A DNA stretch of 64,000 bases, from the IMG/VR virus record IMGVR_UViG_3300033233_000004, positions 64,001-128,000 of that record. One strand, 5' to 3'. The stretch is from a virus. Position numbers and translations under genes: made by a program. This document shows, piece by piece, positions 49,992 through 59,756 of the stretch. Every line of letters begins with the position of its first letter. Position 1 is the first letter of the stretch. The notes below the pieces were generated by a model that was given only the letters and a program-made list of their open reading frames with translations, searched no databases and was not told the DNA's origin.

Positions 49992-50464
49992 AGTCGGTCA
50001 TCCTCCACAAATGGAAAAGCGTGTTTAAAATTGTTATGATAGCGTCGCACCACATCTTCTGATACTCGACGTTCACGATTGGCGTTTGCTATTAATGCAT
50101 CTTCAAGCGTAGTACCAAGGATAATATATACAATACGATATCCATATCGCTTTGCATAGTCGGCCATAATACGGCGAGTTTTTTGTTTGACCATGTATGC
50201 TGCATCAAAAATGACATCTTGTTTGAAACGCATTGCTTCTTCCAAACGTTGATATGCAATACGCCATGCTTCAGCATTTACTGATTGGTCAGATTCATCA
50301 CCGGATATTTCTGCACGAATTTCATCAGGACATATCTCGTTGACATTATGTGGGGCATCTATTGATTGTTGTTGAAGAAGCCCCAAGGACAAAGTTCGAC
50401 GAATAGTGCTCTTTCCTGTGGAGATACCACCTATTAATAAATACAATATAGGTGTATGTGTCAT
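49988..50464 (-). CDS. P-loop polynucleotide kinase-like protein (AAA_33)
   Basis: GGISTGKST, PDEIR, IFDA, RERRVSEDVV. Confidence 0.8.
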   Translation of the reverse strand: MTHTPILYLLIGGISTGKSTIRRTLSLGLLQQQSIDAPHNVNEICPDEIRAEISGDESDQSVNAEAWRIAYQRLEEAMRFKQDVIFDAAYMVKQKTRRIMADYAKRYGYRIVYIILGTTLEDALIANANRERRVSEDVVRRYHNNFKHAFPFVEDDRL

Positions 50465-50889
50465 ATTGTGATTACCTTTCTTTGAATTAAATACTCTTGT
50501 AACCTATCCAAAAATACAACTTGAGTGTGATGAATTATCGTTTTTGCTTCTTCAATAGAATAGGGTGCAAAACTATTAATCTCCCAACTAAGCTTTCCAA
50601 AGCCGATATATGGATGACAAAAACCATGTATTGTCTTCTGACCGTGTTTATACAATGAACAGCCAAGATAATACAAGTCTTTATCTTGTGCTTCAATACC
50701 AATTTCCTCTTTTACTTCTCTAATGGCACAATGACGAAAACTATTTTCATCAATAGCGTCCATCTCTCCTTTAGGAATACTCCACTTAGCTTTACTATTA
50801 TCGTTGATAACAGAAGATGGATGAACTAACCAAACTCTTAGATCAAAAACACGTTGTTCATAGAAAAGAATACCCGCCGTATAAATCAC
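50461..50889 (-). CDS. NUDIX hydrolase
   Basis: WSIPKGE...CAIREVKEEIG. Confidence 0.88.
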   Translation of the reverse strand: MIYTAGILFYEQRVFDLRVWLVHPSSVINDNSKAKWSIPKGEMDAIDENSFRHCAIREVKEEIGIEAQDKDLYYLGCSLYKHGQKTIHGFCHPYIGFGKLSWEINSFAPYSIEEAKTIIHHTQVVFLDRLQEYLIQRKVITI

Positions 50890-51191
50890 TTCTCGTCTTC
50901 TTCTTTCACAATAGATTTCTTGATAAGATGTTTATGTTCTGATTCTTTGTATGGAATCACCTCTGTATGTCTTGAAATAAGCTCATGTTTATACATAGGT
51001 GGATAAGTAACCATTACATTACCTAAACCAATACTTATCAATTCGATAATTTTGTCACAATCAACAATAACATACTTTTCGCCTACTTTGCCATTTTTGA
51101 TATACATTAATCCTTCCTGCAAAGGATAAGATGGATTATCATAACTTTGGTCGATATGTTCTTCTTGTTTTGACTTCATGTTTATCTCCAC
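50886..51191 (-). CDS. hypothetical protein
   Basis: In operon; start uncertain (ATG 51179 likely). Confidence 0.5.
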   Translation of the reverse strand: MEINMKSKQEEHIDQSYDNPSYPLQEGLMYIKNGKVGEKYVIVDCDKIIELISIGLGNVMVTYPPMYKHELISRHTEVIPYKESEHKHLIKKSIVKEEDEK

Positions 51192-51508
51192 GAACGCAAT
51201 TGTGTATGACCTTTGACTCCACGATTATGTCTTCGAGCAAGTCTTTGAGCTTTACGAAATTTCTTTCTGGCAACAATAGCTCGCCTCTTACTTTTACTCG
51301 TTTGGTTATTAATTCTCTTATTTGGTGAAACAATCCCTCTTTTGAAACGACGCAGTATTCCCTGTACTGCATTGAGTGCACTATCACTATGTGGATATAA
51401 TTCTGTACCTTCTCCACGTGAGTCTATAAAAGGTTCCGATGGTATCTTATCAGAACGTAGTGGTTGATTAGCAACCACATCAAGTTTCTCGTCTTTTTCC
51501 GAAGTCAT
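51182..51508 (-). CDS. basic protein, possible divergent ribosomal protein bS21
   Basis: ILRRFKR followed by a K/R-rich helix SKSKRRAIVARKKFRK; AGGAG ribosome binding site. Confidence 0.4.
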   Translation of the reverse strand: MTSEKDEKLDVVANQPLRSDKIPSEPFIDSRGEGTELYPHSDSALNAVQGILRRFKRGIVSPNKRINNQTSKSKRRAIVARKKFRKAQRLARRHNRGVKGHTQLRSWR

Positions 51509-51524
51509 AACAAAATCTCCTGTG

Positions 51525-51551
51525 AATATAAATGGGGGACTTTCATCCCCC
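51525..51551 (-). terminator. intrinsic terminator after the DUF932 gene
   Basis: GGGGGA-TGAAAG-TCCCCC-ATTTATATT. Confidence 0.55.
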
Positions 51552-51562
51552 GTGGGGCTTGT

Positions 51563-52591
51563 TCAGTTCACGTTGATATTGCTGATTGGACGTTTGTCGT
51601 CAGCTAATACCAGTGCATGGTTGAATGCCAGTTGCTTCTTTTGGTAACCAGTACCAAAAAGTAAGCTATCTGCACGAGCATCAAGAGTTTTGAATGTAGT
51701 CTCGTGGTCGATGAATTCAGCTACAGCATTGAAGGCTCCCCAAACAGTTCCTTTCGCTGTTTCCAACTGAGCACCGTGCCCAACTTCAACAAGTTGAAGA
51801 ACCTTGTCTCTTTTCTCTTGAACACGCCCTTTAATGAGGTCAGATGCTTCTTTCTTGATGGGAAGAAGTGTGTTTACATATCGAAGAAGTTCGTCTGGTG
51901 TAATTTTGGCAAGAGCCATCTTGTTGAAAACTTTGCCAATCTCCATATTGTATTGATTGACCAGACCCATCAAACGAGACGCTTCTTCCATACGTCCTTC
52001 CGCAGAAGCTGTATGACGTATGGAAACCTGTGAGAAATTATTATTCAACGCCATATTAAGAGTGTTATTGCATACTACTCTTATTGGCGTGAGCATTGCA
52101 AGAAGAGATGAGGTTCCATCATGCCAATTCGCTAACAACATGTATGGACGAATCTTATCATCTTCATGACCAAGAATCTTGATAAAGTCAGGAAGAACTG
52201 CCAACAAGAAGATTGCACGTCCCTGCTTCAGGATACCAGCCGTCTCGTAGATAGCTTCGCCCTTACCGACCACATTGTCGAAAAACTTGAAGGCATCGAC
52301 ATTCTGGATAGGCGTGTAATTACGACCAACCCGCCCACACAGAATTGACTCGGTACCATCTTGATTAATACGGACGTTGGAAAAGGAGTCGCTGAGAGCG
52401 ATAGTTTCAATGCGCCCGCGCTCTCGTTTGAGAAATGTGGTGTTCTGTCGTTTCTCGACCTTGAAGTTGAAATTGGGAACGTACTGAATTATCTCTTCCG
52501 AGGTAATCAGTTGTTGTGGGAGAACGGTTGCGATACCATGCCACGGTACCAGACCTTTTGTGCTGACCATATTCTCGATTTTGTGTGCCAT
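51563..52591 (-). CDS. DUF932 / LGT_TIGR03299 family protein
   Basis: MAH, PWHG, YTPIQN..AF.FFD, ETAG.L..G, TPIRVVCNNT, GTVWGAFNAVAE. Confidence 0.9.
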   Translation of the reverse strand: MAHKIENMVSTKGLVPWHGIATVLPQQLITSEEIIQYVPNFNFKVEKRQNTTFLKRERGRIETIALSDSFSNVRINQDGTESILCGRVGRNYTPIQNVDAFKFFDNVVGKGEAIYETAGILKQGRAIFLLAVLPDFIKILGHEDDKIRPYMLLANWHDGTSSLLAMLTPIRVVCNNTLNMALNNNFSQVSIRHTASAEGRMEEASRLMGLVNQYNMEIGKVFNKMALAKITPDELLRYVNTLLPIKKEASDLIKGRVQEKRDKVLQLVEVGHGAQLETAKGTVWGAFNAVAEFIDHETTFKTLDARADSLLFGTGYQKKQLAFNHALVLADDKRPISNINVN

Positions 52592-52639
52592 AATAGAATC
52601 TCCTTTTTGAGTGATTGGATGACAACTTTTGACACATTC

Positions 52640-52668
52640 AATATACTACATAGAAATTTAAAAGTCAA
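52640..52668 (-). promoter_or_regulatory. sigma70-type early promoter
   Basis: TTGACT-N17-TATATT. Confidence 0.75.
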
Positions 52669-53411
52669 GTAGCTATATGAAAATTCTTTACATTTTCTTC
52701 TGGAATAGTTATATCAGTAAAAAGACCAGTTTCTGTATCAAATTCAAGAAATGTATACTCACTTTGCAGACAGTCAATATTGTAATTATTACCGATGGAA
52801 CGTATCCCGTTTGTAATACCATCTCGCGCTGCATCCTTATGTATGTCTATCCACAATGTGTGCCCAAATACTTGCTTCAGTCCTTCTACAGGTTCGAAAT
52901 CTAAATTATAATCACACCAAAGTATTCCAGAACATGGTCTTCTACCGCCCCTCGATTGACCAATCCAATGAATCGGAGATTCTACTGGTGTCGATGACCA
53001 TGTAGTCAGGGTTTCTTCTACTTTGTCTAATGTCAAACCTACATTATCCCATAACCCTTTTGAAAGACCTGCATGTGTTACCAATAATTGATGGTCTTTC
53101 AAATAGAGAAAATATTTTGATCGAGCTTTAATAGCATCGTAATATGGTTGTAATAAATAATCTGTTTCTGGATTCCAACCAGAAGCTCTCATGTGTTGAT
53201 ATAAATACGATTCCTCGTGATTACCTCTGATTAAACCACAATCACTACTCAGAATTAAACGCATACATTCAACTTGATCTCTTGGTGTGAATTTAAACGA
53301 ATCCATAATATCACCAACAAAACAAAGTTGATATTGCGAGAAATTTCCAAGTAAGAATTGAACCAACTTTAAATCACCGTGGATATCGCCTATGAACAAA
53401 TACTTACTCAT
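52665..53411 (-). CDS. metallophosphoesterase
   Basis: GDIHG, GDIMD, GNHE, THAG, FGHT. Confidence 0.88.
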   Translation of the reverse strand: MSKYLFIGDIHGDLKLVQFLLGNFSQYQLCFVGDIMDSFKFTPRDQVECMRLILSSDCGLIRGNHEESYLYQHMRASGWNPETDYLLQPYYDAIKARSKYFLYLKDHQLLVTHAGLSKGLWDNVGLTLDKVEETLTTWSSTPVESPIHWIGQSRGGRRPCSGILWCDYNLDFEPVEGLKQVFGHTLWIDIHKDAARDGITNGIRSIGNNYNIDCLQSEYTFLEFDTETGLFTDITIPEENVKNFHIAT

Positions 53412-53671
53412 TCTTCAAGAGAGCCTATTATGATATTTCGTTTGCGAACAATATCAAAAGCTTCATCTACGTCTACAACCATTTCGGTTTTGATATCTGC
53501 TGGTTTATTTAATGAATATTGCCATTCATCTTTACCAGTCCCTTTACTCTTTTTACAAAAGACAAAGGCTCGGTCATCCTGTTTATGTGTTGCCGCAGGA
53601 AGTGTAAATCCTGTTTCAAATTGAACCTCGTTCATAATATGCCTTATTGATTTGTTATTGAATTCACACAC
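53408..53671 (-). CDS. hypothetical protein
   Basis: Coupled to neighbouring genes. Confidence 0.5.
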   Translation of the reverse strand: MCEFNNKSIRHIMNEVQFETGFTLPAATHKQDDRAFVFCKKSKGTGKDEWQYSLNKPADIKTEMVVDVDEAFDIVRKRNIIIGSLEE

Positions 53672-54462
53672 ATATCAGTATAATAAGTTCCAGCCATAAG
53701 TTGTATCAGTAATTTATCTATAGCTTCTCTATCTGGCTGTGTAGGTAGAGTAGATGCTAACCAAGCTGATGTTAATTCTTTTTGTAAACCTTCTGCCATA
53801 TCCTGAATAGCAGATAGTGAATATTTCCCACGCTTGATCTCTGTAAGATAATCTGCATCTATATTGGTACGATCACAAATTATTTCACCAGTCCTTAAGA
53901 ACTCAGTCCCTTGTCTCAATAACAAAATGAGACTACTGGCATTCTTTGTATCATAGCCGAAGTTATCCACCATCTCTTTGCGCTTGGCACCCATATCACG
54001 TGTATGTCCACCATTCTTCATACGATGTAATTGACCAAGAGCATATTTTCCAAATGATTCATAAGCTAATTTGCTACTAAAGAGATGTCGATTAGATCGA
54101 AGTAATTGATATTGCCATTTACGAGTAATAATTTTGTTATCTGGTATCCAAAGTATTTCCATCAAATTTGGATTACATTTAAGCATTAGTCGAACTACTT
54201 TATCCATACTATAAACAATGACATCCCAATCACCATCTTCCTCTGATGATTGATGTTCAAATTGTTCCCATTTATCAGGCGGCGCATTATTCAAACCTAT
54301 GATATGTGTCAAAGGCGGTGTAACAAAACCAATAAGGTCATTATCGGAAAGACCTTGGATATAGGTACCATGAAGCATACTTCCTCTATACGCCAAGAAA
54401 ACCGTGTTAGGAAGTAAATCAAACCGTGTTTCTCGACCAAAGAGTTCAGGTATTTGTATCAT
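53644..54462 (-). CDS. Pol-beta superfamily nucleotidyltransferase (YcgL / RlaP-like)
   Basis: RGS..HGT....SDNDLIG, NPNLME.LW, GYDTK.A; start at ATG 54462. Confidence 0.85.
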   Translation of the reverse strand: MIQIPELFGRETRFDLLPNTVFLAYRGSMLHGTYIQGLSDNDLIGFVTPPLTHIIGLNNAPPDKWEQFEHQSSEEDGDWDVIVYSMDKVVRLMLKCNPNLMEILWIPDNKIITRKWQYQLLRSNRHLFSSKLAYESFGKYALGQLHRMKNGGHTRDMGAKRKEMVDNFGYDTKNASSLILLLRQGTEFLRTGEIICDRTNIDADYLTEIKRGKYSLSAIQDMAEGLQKELTSAWLASTLPTQPDREAIDKLLIQLMAGTYYTDMCVNSITNQ

Positions 54463-55780
54463 ACTTAACCTTTTTTCTTTCCCAATAGCGTTTGATTGCC
54501 AATAGTTCACATTTCTTGGTAAATTGTGCACCCGTTTCACCTTCAGAGGCATTCACAAGTGGTAAAATCTCTGTTAGTGGGTCAAACTCGGTGAGAATAC
54601 GATTTGCAATCATTGTTCTACCAGTCGCATCTGGTGAAATAAATTCAACCAATTTATCAATTCTACCCGGTCTTGTACTTTCACCTTGTTTATTCAATAT
54701 ACCTAAAGCCGAATCAATTCTCGAAATATCATTTGCTGTTATAAATGTTAAAACTCCATTCGATTGTTCAACACCAGAAATACAGTTGAGTAAACTATCA
54801 AGGGTCATAGCATTTTGGTTCATTTTATGTCCAACATTGAAATTACCATCCTTGTCAAACAGACGGTCGATATCTTCAAATAAAGCAACACACGGAGCAT
54901 GTTCAAGCATGTATTGCCAATTTTTTACTAAATCCTGATTATTCATTGAATTTAAATCAAAAGAAAAAATGGGTATATCCAATAATTGTGCAATGGCTCT
55001 AATGAAACTTGATTTACCAGTGCCAGCAGACCCATATGCGCAAACTCCAAATCGCCAATCAAGTCCGTGGTCTAAATACCACTGTTCAGATTCTTTCCAT
55101 TGTTGTAATAATACTTTCATCTCTTCTAATGAGTTATTCAAAGCCAAATATTCAAATGGCTTTTTTGAAGTTGGTGCACCAAGGTCAGAAAGCGTATATT
55201 TTAACGGACGAATACCAGTTTCGAGTTCTGCGAATGACTTTATATTACGTTCGTCGCCGGATGATGGAGCGGTAGTTTTATTACCTTGGTCATTTCTTAA
55301 TTGGAGAATTGAACCAAACAACTTTTCAATTCTAAATCTTGTTTTCCCGTTAGCATTTTGTTTACGATGATTATATTCATCTATAGCATTAATCAATAAC
55401 TCTTCTGTATTAAACAAGCCGCGTACAAATGATATAGTAAGCATATTATTTGGGTCTCCATTATTATTAAATCCTTGAGAAACGAATAATGGTTTCCAAC
55501 CTTTGAAAAATGTTAGTGCTTTACCTGAGCTTTCAAAAGGCACAGATTCATAACGATTACTTGGTTTAACAAATATATCTATGGCAATGTATCGTTTTTT
55601 TCCAATACGACTCGTTTTGAAATTACGCCATAGATATCCCATTGTTGCTTCTGCTATTGTTCCATGTATCTCAAATGAAACAACAACATATGAAGTTAGC
55701 CGTTGAAGAAAACCACGTATTTGATTCCACATTGCGATAATTGCAGCAATAGGGCCGAAGGTCATTAGATCAGCCATCAT
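54446..55780 (-). CDS. BCS1-like AAA+ ATPase with N-terminal membrane anchor
   Basis: Walker A GSAGTGKS, Walker B LFEDID, LLNCISG, RPGRID, WY..HGL.WR.G. Confidence 0.8.
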   Translation of the reverse strand: MMADLMTFGPIAAIIAMWNQIRGFLQRLTSYVVVSFEIHGTIAEATMGYLWRNFKTSRIGKKRYIAIDIFVKPSNRYESVPFESSGKALTFFKGWKPLFVSQGFNNNGDPNNMLTISFVRGLFNTEELLINAIDEYNHRKQNANGKTRFRIEKLFGSILQLRNDQGNKTTAPSSGDERNIKSFAELETGIRPLKYTLSDLGAPTSKKPFEYLALNNSLEEMKVLLQQWKESEQWYLDHGLDWRFGVCAYGSAGTGKSSFIRAIAQLLDIPIFSFDLNSMNNQDLVKNWQYMLEHAPCVALFEDIDRLFDKDGNFNVGHKMNQNAMTLDSLLNCISGVEQSNGVLTFITANDISRIDSALGILNKQGESTRPGRIDKLVEFISPDATGRTMIANRILTEFDPLTEILPLVNASEGETGAQFTKKCELLAIKRYWERKKVKYDTNT

Positions 55781-55783
55781 GGT

Positions 55784-56047
55784 TTATATTTTCTCCTGCT
55801 GTTTCATTTGGTTGGTTAAATTTTTCAAAAATTCTAAGGGGTATTGTTCCATTGGATGTTCCTTTATATACTCTTCACATTGTACCCATATCCATCCTTT
55901 TCTTGGTCTATAGTGCCGAGTTGTGCCAGTATTTTTTGGGTCAACTTCCAACTTATAGACATAATAGTAATACTCATCTAAGATTTGTTGTAATTCAAAT
56001 AACGCTTTTGATAGTTTGCTGGCAATATTTGATTTGAACTCATCCAT
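55784..56047 (-). CDS. hypothetical protein
   Basis: In operon. Confidence 0.5.
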   Translation of the reverse strand: MDEFKSNIASKLSKALFELQQILDEYYYYVYKLEVDPKNTGTTRHYRPRKGWIWVQCEEYIKEHPMEQYPLEFLKNLTNQMKQQEKI

Positions 56048-56125
56048 TACATAAGCTTACAAGTAATGAAACAAAGACACCAACTACAAGAAATAATGCA
56101 ACAACCAATATGAGATGTTTGTATT

Positions 56126-56626
56126 TCATCTGCCATGACACTTTTTGAATTTCTTATTTGAGCCGCAATAACATTTTTCATTACGACCGATCTTTCGATT
56201 GATATCGGTAATTAAAATTCCATCAAGATGATTTGTCTCATGTTGATATACTCTGGAATCATCCCCTGTCAGAACACAATGTCCCATAACATCATCACTA
56301 ACTTCAATTTGAGAATATCGTTCTACCCAACAATACACATCAGGTAAAGACAAACAACCTTCTTCTGATGTAATCATCGGACGGTCAAAACGAATAATAG
56401 TCGGATTAGCAACTCGATTCAAGACTTTCTTGGCATCTTCCAATTTGCCAGAAGCTCCCCAATATACAAAAGCTCTTTTCTTGATGCCTATTTGTGGAGC
56501 ACTCAACCCAATTGCATTTTTATGTTTCTTGATTTCTTCTTCCAATTGAGCAAATATAGATTCATATTCTTCTGGATAAATCGGGTCGGACGGCTTATGT
56601 AGTTCGACGAGATCAGTTACTATCAT
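56126..56626 (-). CDS. def: peptide deformylase fused to a SEC-C motif
   Basis: GLSAPQIG, EGCLS, QHETNHLDG; C-terminal IGRNEKCYCGSNKKFKKCHG. Confidence 0.92.
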   Translation of the reverse strand: MIVTDLVELHKPSDPIYPEEYESIFAQLEEEIKKHKNAIGLSAPQIGIKKRAFVYWGASGKLEDAKKVLNRVANPTIIRFDRPMITSEEGCLSLPDVYCWVERYSQIEVSDDVMGHCVLTGDDSRVYQHETNHLDGILITDINRKIGRNEKCYCGSNKKFKKCHGR

Positions 56627-56637
56627 GATTACCCTTT

Positions 56638-57330
56638 CTATTTACGTGCATAACGACTCCAAATTTCATAATCCAATTGTGCGGGACTCATCTTGAGATT
56701 ATCCGCACAACGTAAGAACATCTCTTCCCAATATAGATACTTCTTACCTGTTGGCGTTGAAGTTGGTACATCTTCTTTATTATATACCTCTTTGAGAAAT
56801 TTCAAGATGTGTGTGTCAAGTACTGCCAATCGTTGATTAGGTCTGGTGTGGAGAATAAAAAATCGAGCCGTCTTAGCTCCAATGCCATGAATCTTTTCCA
56901 AATCTTCAACCGAACACATCCGTAAATTGATACCAGATCGAACCAATTCTGCATATGATCGTGTAAGTACATCATATCTTCCAAGACTGGCCGTCTTAAG
57001 ATTTCTTCTCAGTGTACGTTTTGCCAGCATACGTCGAACTCTTAAGAAAGGAGATGTCCCTTTTTCCAAAGCAAGAAACTTGTCTATTGCAAGCACAATT
57101 GTTTTTGCTGTCTTACCAGCTACTGCTACAGCAAACAAAATGAACTTCTCAAGTTGTGCATCAGACATCTTCTTATGAGGGTCTGGACTTGCTAAATTGA
57201 ACTCTATATTTACTTTGTGTTTTTGTGGCACTTTTTCTTTCTTTAGTCTGTTTATTTCACCATTTTCTTTGGAACGTTGTTTCCAGTTTTGTTGTCGAAG
57301 AAAGTATAAGTATGAATGTCCACCATCCAA
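56638..57330 (-). CDS. HhH-GPD (Ogg-like) DNA glycosylase; start probably downstream of 57330
   Basis: LEKIHGIGAKTARFF, AVLDTHILK, LD..IW. Confidence 0.7.
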   Translation of the reverse strand: MDGGHSYLYFLRQQNWKQRSKENGEINRLKKEKVPQKHKVNIEFNLASPDPHKKMSDAQLEKFILFAVAVAGKTAKTIVLAIDKFLALEKGTSPFLRVRRMLAKRTLRRNLKTASLGRYDVLTRSYAELVRSGINLRMCSVEDLEKIHGIGAKTARFFILHTRPNQRLAVLDTHILKFLKEVYNKEDVPTSTPTGKKYLYWEEMFLRCADNLKMSPAQLDYEIWSRYARK

Positions 57331-57407
57331 CCATACCAGTTATACAAAGATATATTCCAAGACCAATTGTGATTATTGAAAACCAATTTATTATAAGTTT
57401 CATATCA

Positions 57408-58103
57408 TTACTCCTCAGTTGTTGGTTTTAACCATAGTTGTGGATAAAGCTTAAAAAGGGTATATGTTAACCGCCCAAACTTATTCAAAGCAAGGAGAGT
57501 CTTATATGAATTTGCTTTGAAGCATTTGGTCAACTCATCACGTACTCGATCTACGGAGACAGTATTCAACTTGTTAATAAGCTTATCATTATAGAGACAT
57601 ACTTCCGTCTCATTCACAATCTGAAAGTCTTTCGTAATAGAGAAGCGAATAGCTCTCAACATACGGAGCGGGTCTTCATTGAAGCGGTCAAATGAATTAC
57701 CAACGCATCGAATAAGACCGACAGTGATAGCTGTACGTCCATTATGAGGATCAATATACTCTCCTGTCTCGACATCTTGAGCAATGGCGTTCATGGTGAA
57801 ATCTCGTCTGGCTAAGTCATCGTAGATGGTACCCACTGTAACATTATCTGGTCGTCTGCCATCTGAATAGAAACCATCCCTGCGACATAATACAAAATCA
57901 GCATCACCCAACTTTGGCATCTTAGCCCGAATGGTCAGATACTGTTCCCGTTCCTGCCATATGGTACCACCATTGGCGAGAATGTAGTCACGCATAGCTT
58001 CATAGCTTGGAGCTTCAACAGCGTAGTCCAAATCTTTACCAATAGATAAACCAAGCAACTGGTCTCGAAGGGTTCCACCAACAAGATAAATTTTGATACT
58101 CAT
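57408..58103 (-). CDS. cca: tRNA nucleotidyltransferase (CCA-adding enzyme)
   Basis: YLVGG.LRD.LLG...KDLD, DDLARRDFTMNA, EDPLRMLRAIRF. Confidence 0.9.
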   Translation of the reverse strand: MSIKIYLVGGTLRDQLLGLSIGKDLDYAVEAPSYEAMRDYILANGGTIWQEREQYLTIRAKMPKLGDADFVLCRRDGFYSDGRRPDNVTVGTIYDDLARRDFTMNAIAQDVETGEYIDPHNGRTAITVGLIRCVGNSFDRFNEDPLRMLRAIRFSITKDFQIVNETEVCLYNDKLINKLNTVSVDRVRDELTKCFKANSYKTLLALNKFGRLTYTLFKLYPQLWLKPTTEE

Positions 58104-58121
58104 GAAGTTCCTTTATGACAC

Positions 58122-58150
58122 AATATAACACATGAAAGTGTCAATGTCAA
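58122..58150 (-). promoter_or_regulatory. sigma70-type early promoter
   Basis: TTGACA-N17-TATATT. Confidence 0.75.
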
Positions 58151-58221
58151 GTAAAATTAAAAAAAAACTCAACATCTACAATTTCTTGTAAACATTGAGT
58201 TTAACAATGTTAATAGTTACT

Positions 58222-58884
58222 TTATCTGATTTTTGCACTATCTATATTATTTGCAATTTGTATTTTGGTTAATAATGTTTCAAAAGCCGATACTTGAGCG
58301 GCTACACCATATACGATTTGATTATCTATACCAACAGACTTTTCTATTATACCTATCAATTCGCCGTCAGTATTGAAAACTCCACTACCAGAGGCTCCCG
58401 GTAATATCGCTTGATTAATTGAGAAATGATTAGTATAGATACGATTGATATAACCAGTATTATGATAAAGGTGCAAGTGTGGTACATTTAATGAGTCATA
58501 AAATGTTAAAGGTTGTATCCAATAAATAATTTCACCTAAGTAAACATGTTGATTAACAACAATAGGAGATTTACTTTTACAATATGTACCCTTTAGTAAA
58601 GCTTGGTCTTCAACACTATCAACTACAGATACAACACTATCAATTAATTCATCATTAATTATAGCCCAATGACTACAATTAATTACGACATGTTGTGCTG
58701 TGATAACATATTTGTTTCCTATTTGTACGCCAGACCCAAAGCCGTCATCTGTCCATACAATAACATAACGTGATATCATCTCACGAGTATCAATTCCGTT
58801 TCTATAAAAACAAGAAGAAAGAAACGGAATTATGACAATGAATAGAAATGCTTTCACAAAAAAACGCATGGATTTTTCCTTCAA
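58222..58884 (-). CDS. trypsin-like serine protease, lipoprotein
   Basis: LSSC lipobox, ITAQHV, D.ALL, PGASGSG. Confidence 0.85.
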   Translation of the reverse strand: MKEKSMRFFVKAFLFIVIIPFLSSCFYRNGIDTREMISRYVIVWTDDGFGSGVQIGNKYVITAQHVVINCSHWAIINDELIDSVVSVVDSVEDQALLKGTYCKSKSPIVVNQHVYLGEIIYWIQPLTFYDSLNVPHLHLYHNTGYINRIYTNHFSINQAILPGASGSGVFNTDGELIGIIEKSVGIDNQIVYGVAAQVSAFETLLTKIQIANNIDSAKIR

Positions 58885-59333
58885 TATATGAAAATGAATT
58901 TTAACCGATGATACAAACCAGTTGCACCAAGTGGTGGTATAAAGACTTTTGTCTTAGCCATGTGTTGTAATGTTTCATTAGGAAGAATCACAGATTTTAT
59001 AGAAACAAATTGTGGGTCTTGAATATTAATAAATGTATCTACATGACCAATTTGTCCAGTACTCACAAGGTCTGGTCTGTCATTATCATATGCTTGAAGC
59101 GTGAAATATACTTCCAAATAAGGTACAACCCGTAGAGGTATAGTTCCTGTATTTGTAATATCACCGCCCGTAAATACGAAATAACTTAATCCTGTATCGG
59201 TTCTAATATAGAAGCCATAATTAAATTCGTATTGAGGATATACTGAAGTGACGATATCTCCTTTACAACTAAAGAGAGATGTGCAGAGTATAAGTAAGAA
59301 GAAAAAAGAAAAGTATTTGAAAGAAGGATTCAT
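58881..59333 (-). CDS. putative lipoprotein
   Basis: Signal peptide ending LFSC. Confidence 0.6.
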   Translation of the reverse strand: MNPSFKYFSFFFLLILCTSLFSCKGDIVTSVYPQYEFNYGFYIRTDTGLSYFVFTGGDITNTGTIPLRVVPYLEVYFTLQAYDNDRPDLVSTGQIGHVDTFINIQDPQFVSIKSVILPNETLQHMAKTKVFIPPLGATGLYHRLKFIFIY

Positions 59334-59335
59334 AG

Positions 59336-59421
59336 TACCCTCAGTAGGATTCGAACCTACACGCTACTATTACTTCGCACTGGCTTCTAAGGCCAGCATG
59401 TCTGCATTTCATCATGAGGGC
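59336..59421 (-). tRNA. tRNA-Leu(UAG), no encoded CCA
   Basis: GCCCTCA/TGAGGGT acceptor, CTGGC-CTTAGAA-GCCAG, long variable arm, GGTTCGAATCC. Confidence 0.9.
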
Positions 59422-59611
59422 AGTAATAAGTACTATGGTGACATTGCATTTGCAGCGAAGGACTTACTCTTAAAGTTACTGGCGGAAAAAGCACAAGAAG
59501 CAGGCGAAAGTATACCTTCTTGTGTAAGACCAGCAAGTAAACGAGCGGACAATGAACGAACTATACTTGAAGAGCTATCATTTGCTACGCCAGTACACAT
59601 TACAACTATTG

Positions 59612-59684
59612 TCAAGGTGTTGGGAATCGAACCCAAATTATTCCAATTTCCGATACTGGTACCATACCATTAGGCGACACCCTG
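59612..59684 (-). tRNA. tRNA-Pro(CGG), atypical anticodon loop
   Basis: CAGGGTG/CACCTTG-A, CCAGT-ATCGGAA-ATTGG, GGTTCGATTCC. Confidence 0.75.
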
Positions 59685-59756
59685 AAATTTTTGAGGAGTC
59701 ACGGTCGCACACGCTTCGTGCATCCAAGTTAACCGTTTGTGAGTTGACTCCTCATT

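Noticed and set aside
1205-57431. Numerous short plus-strand and alternate-frame ORFs within long minus-strand genes
   Set aside because: Shadows of real genes with no motifs or ribosome binding sites; only 9018, 23763 and 39445 are credible plus-strand genes.
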